A stretch of DNA of 64,000 nucleotides from an uncultured delta proteobacterium (GTDB lineage Bacteria > Myxococcota_A > UBA9160 > SZUA-336): positions 64,001-128,000 of the forward strand of contig CAVPHD010000007.1 in NCBI GenBank assembly GCA_963704165.1, read 5' to 3'. The notes beneath the pieces are model-generated. The model searched no databases. It was not told the origin of the DNA and worked only from the letters and a program-made list of their open reading frames with translations. Made by a program: the position numbers and the translations under genes. Of this stretch, positions 61,236-64,000 are shown in pieces. Positions within the stretch are counted from its first letter, which is position 1, and every line of letters starts with the position of its first letter.

Positions 61236-64000
61236 TCACCAGGTGTCGACGCAGGGGCGCTTCTTCCCCGTCGCGGACCGGCGGCGGCGGCGCCGAGCGC
61301 AGCGCGCGCGTGATCCAGGTTCGCGACTCCGCAGGGTCGATCACGTCGTCGATCTCGAAGTGGGACGCCGTCGTTGACGGCCTTGCCGTGCTCGTACATG
61401 CGCTCGACCATCTCGTCGTAGAGCGCCTTGCGCTCGGCCGGATCCTCGATCGCCGCGAGCTCGTTGCGGAAGCCGAGCTTCACCGCGCCCTCGAGGCCCA
61501 TGCCGCCGAACTCGCCCGTCGGCCAGGCCACGGTGAAGAGCGGCGCCTTGAAGCTGCCGCCGGCCATCGCCTGCGCGCCGAGGCCGTAGCCCTTGCGCAG
61601 CACGATCGTGAAGAACGGCACCGTCAGGCTCGCCCCGGTCACGAACATGCGCGCGGCGTGGCGCACGAGCGCGGTCTTCTCGGCCTCGGGCCCGACCATG
61701 ATGCCGGGCGTGTCGCAGAGCGAGGAGCAGCGGGAGGTCGAAGGCGTCGCAGAGCTGCATGAAGCGCGCCGCCTTGTCGGCGCCGTCGCTGTCGATCGCC
61801 CCGGCGAGGTGGACCGGGTTGTTGGCGATCACGCCGATCGGGCGGCCCTCGATGCGCGCGAGCGCGGTGACCATGCCGGCGCCGAAGTCGCGGCGGAGCT
61901 CGAGCACCGAATCCGGTGTCGGCGAGCGTCTCGATCACGCGCGCGCACGTCGTAGACCCGCAGGCGGTTCTCGGGGATCGATCGCGCGCAGCGCGCGCTG
62001 GTCGGCGCAGTCCCACGCCGCGCAGCGCGCCCTGGAAGTACGACAGGTACTTCCGCGCGACCTGCACGGCCTCGGCCTCGTCCGCGCACCGCGACGTCGA
62101 CCACGCCGTTGGGCACCTGCACGTCGAGCGGACCGACCTCTTCGGGGCGGAAGACGCCGAGGCCGCCGCCCTCGATCATCGCCGGGCCCGCCCATGCCGA
62201 TGTTCGAGCCCTGCGTCGCGATGACGACGTCGCAGCAGCCGAGCAGCGCGGCGTTGCCGGCGAAGCAGCGGCCCGAGGTGATGCCGACCAGCGGCACCAG
62301 GCCCGAGAGCCCGCCGAAGTAGTGGAACGCCATGCAGTCGAGACCCGGCGACGCCGAGGCCGTCGGTGTCGCCGGGCCGACCGCCGCCGCCTTCGGCGAA
62401 GAACACGACCGGCAGCCGCCACTGCTCGGCGAGCTCGAACATGCGGTCCTTCTTGCGGTGGTTCTGCGCGCCCTGCGTGCCGGCGAGCACCGTGTAGTCG
62501 TAGGACATCACGACGCAGCGCGCGGCGGCTTCGCCGAAGTGTTCGCCGTTCACGCGCGCCGATGCCCGCGATCATGCCGTCGGCCGGCGTGCGCTCGATC
62601 AGGTCCTCGAGCGAGCGCCGGCGGCGCTGCGCGGCGATCACGAGCGGTCCGTACTCGACGAAGGTGCCCGGGTCGCAGAGGTCCGCGACGTTCTCGCGCG
62701 CCGTGCGCTGGCCGGTCTTGCGCGCCGGCGCTCGACCGCGTCGGGCCGGGCGTCGTCGCGGCCGATCGCGTGGCGCTCGAGCACCTCGTCGAGGTCCGGC
62801 CGGATGCGGTCGAGGTCGATCGGCTCGACCGCGCTCGGTCGGCGCGTCGCGCGACCTCCGCGGCCTCGATCGACGAGCAGAGCGTGGCCCTCGAAGACCG
62901 CGTCGCCCGCGCGCGACCGCGAGCGCGTCGCACGACGCCGCTCGGTCTCGGCGACGATCACGTGCTCCATCTTCATCGCTTCCATCACGAGCAGGCGGCG
63001 TGCCCGGTCGGACCGCGTCGCCCTCGCGGACATCGACGCGAGACGATCGTGCCCTGCACCGGGCGCGACACGGCGACGAGCCCGTCGCGGCACCGCGGCG
63101 GCATCGGCTGCGGACCTGCTTCGCGTCGGCTCGCGCTCTGCCGTAGTCGAGCACGGCGAGCGGATCGCGCGCATCGACGCGCGCGCCCGCGAGCGCCGGA
63201 CGGCGAGCCGGCAGTCGGGCGACGAGTCGAAGAAGCGCCGCCGCTCCGAGCGACCCTGGCCAGCGATCAGCTCGACGACGTGCTCGTCGACGAAGCGCGT
63301 GTGGATCCGGCCCGAGGCGACCTCCGGGTGCTCGACAGCAGGCTCTGCAGGAACGGCAGGTTCGTCGCGACGCCGTCGATCCGGAACTCGCCGAGCGCGC
63401 GGTACGGCTCGCGAGACGACGTCGGCGAGATCGCGCCGAGGGCGAGTGCACGATCAGCTTGGCGAGCAGCGAGTCGAAGCGCGGGCTGGTCGTGTAGCCC
63501 GCGTAGCCGAAGGTGTCGACGCGCAGCCGCGGTCCCGACGGCGGCTCGAAGGCGGTGAGCGTGCCGCCGCGACGGCACGGCGTTCCCGTCGTCGCTCATC
63601 GTCTCCATGTTGATCCGCGCCTGGACCGCGAAACCGCGCGGCGCGGGTCGCGGACGCGCGCTCGAGCCCGAGCTCGGCGAGCGTGCGCCCCGCGGCGAGT
63701 CGCGAGCTGCGCGTGGACCAGGTCGACACCGGTGACCTCCTCGGTGACGGTGTGCTCGACCTGGAGCCGCGGGTTCGCCTCGATGAAGGCGAATCCGATT
63801 CGCCACCGTGCGGCTCCGGCGACGAGGAACTCGAACGTCCCGAGGCTGTCGAATCGCGCGGCCTTCGCCGAGTCTCGAGGCCGCGTCGAGGAGTCGCACG
63901 CGGAGCTCCTCGCCGAGGCCGGGGCCGGCGCGATCTCGACGAGCTTCTGGTGCCGACGCTGCAGGCTGCACTCGCGCTCGCAGAGGTGGACGACGGCGCC
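61236..64000 (-). CDS. Single-chain biotin-dependent acyl-CoA carboxylase (BC-BCCP-CT); 5' end outside the window; heavily frameshifted
   Basis: ERECSLQRRHQK, FIEANPRLQVEHTVTE, FDSLLAK, EAMKMEH (biotin Lys), RTARENV, YDYTVLAGTQG, EGGGGRPGDTD, LRKGYGLGAQAM, GGMGLEGAVKLG, scattered over all three frames. Confidence 0.88.

Overview
A high-GC (roughly 68-70%) bacterial chromosome segment. Gene content and synteny suggest Myxococcota or a related deltaproteobacterial lineage (inference). Bases 1-46.2 kb are mostly core genes: dxs-tlyA, erpA, iscS-iscU-like-cysC, a split opp system, LPS-modifying genes, a GldAFG-like ABC cluster, suhB-tatD-metG-holB, bactofilin, moaD-moaE/moaB, rpoH, pepA, tolQRAB-pal-cpoB-dksA-tsaD-rsmA, panBCD, smpB and tmRNA. 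After the tmRNA come accessory metabolic genes: acyl-CoA dehydrogenase, phosphoketolase, a ~8.5 kb cyclic beta-1,2-glucan synthase, a USP, an enoyl-CoA hydratase and a multidomain biotin carboxylase. Many genes, including essential ones, carry single-base frameshifts, most likely long-read consensus errors. I saw no CRISPR array, integrase, transposase, rRNA or tRNA. The most interesting signals are: (1) a ~200-nt structured panBCD leader with mutually exclusive pairings that hide or free the SD and AUG, a candidate riboswitch; (2) rsmA/ksgA apparently starting at AUA, a possible fidelity-feedback loop; (3) an IscU homolog missing two of its three cluster cysteines, coupled between iscS and cysC; (4) a recurrent leaderless-mRNA promoter architecture.
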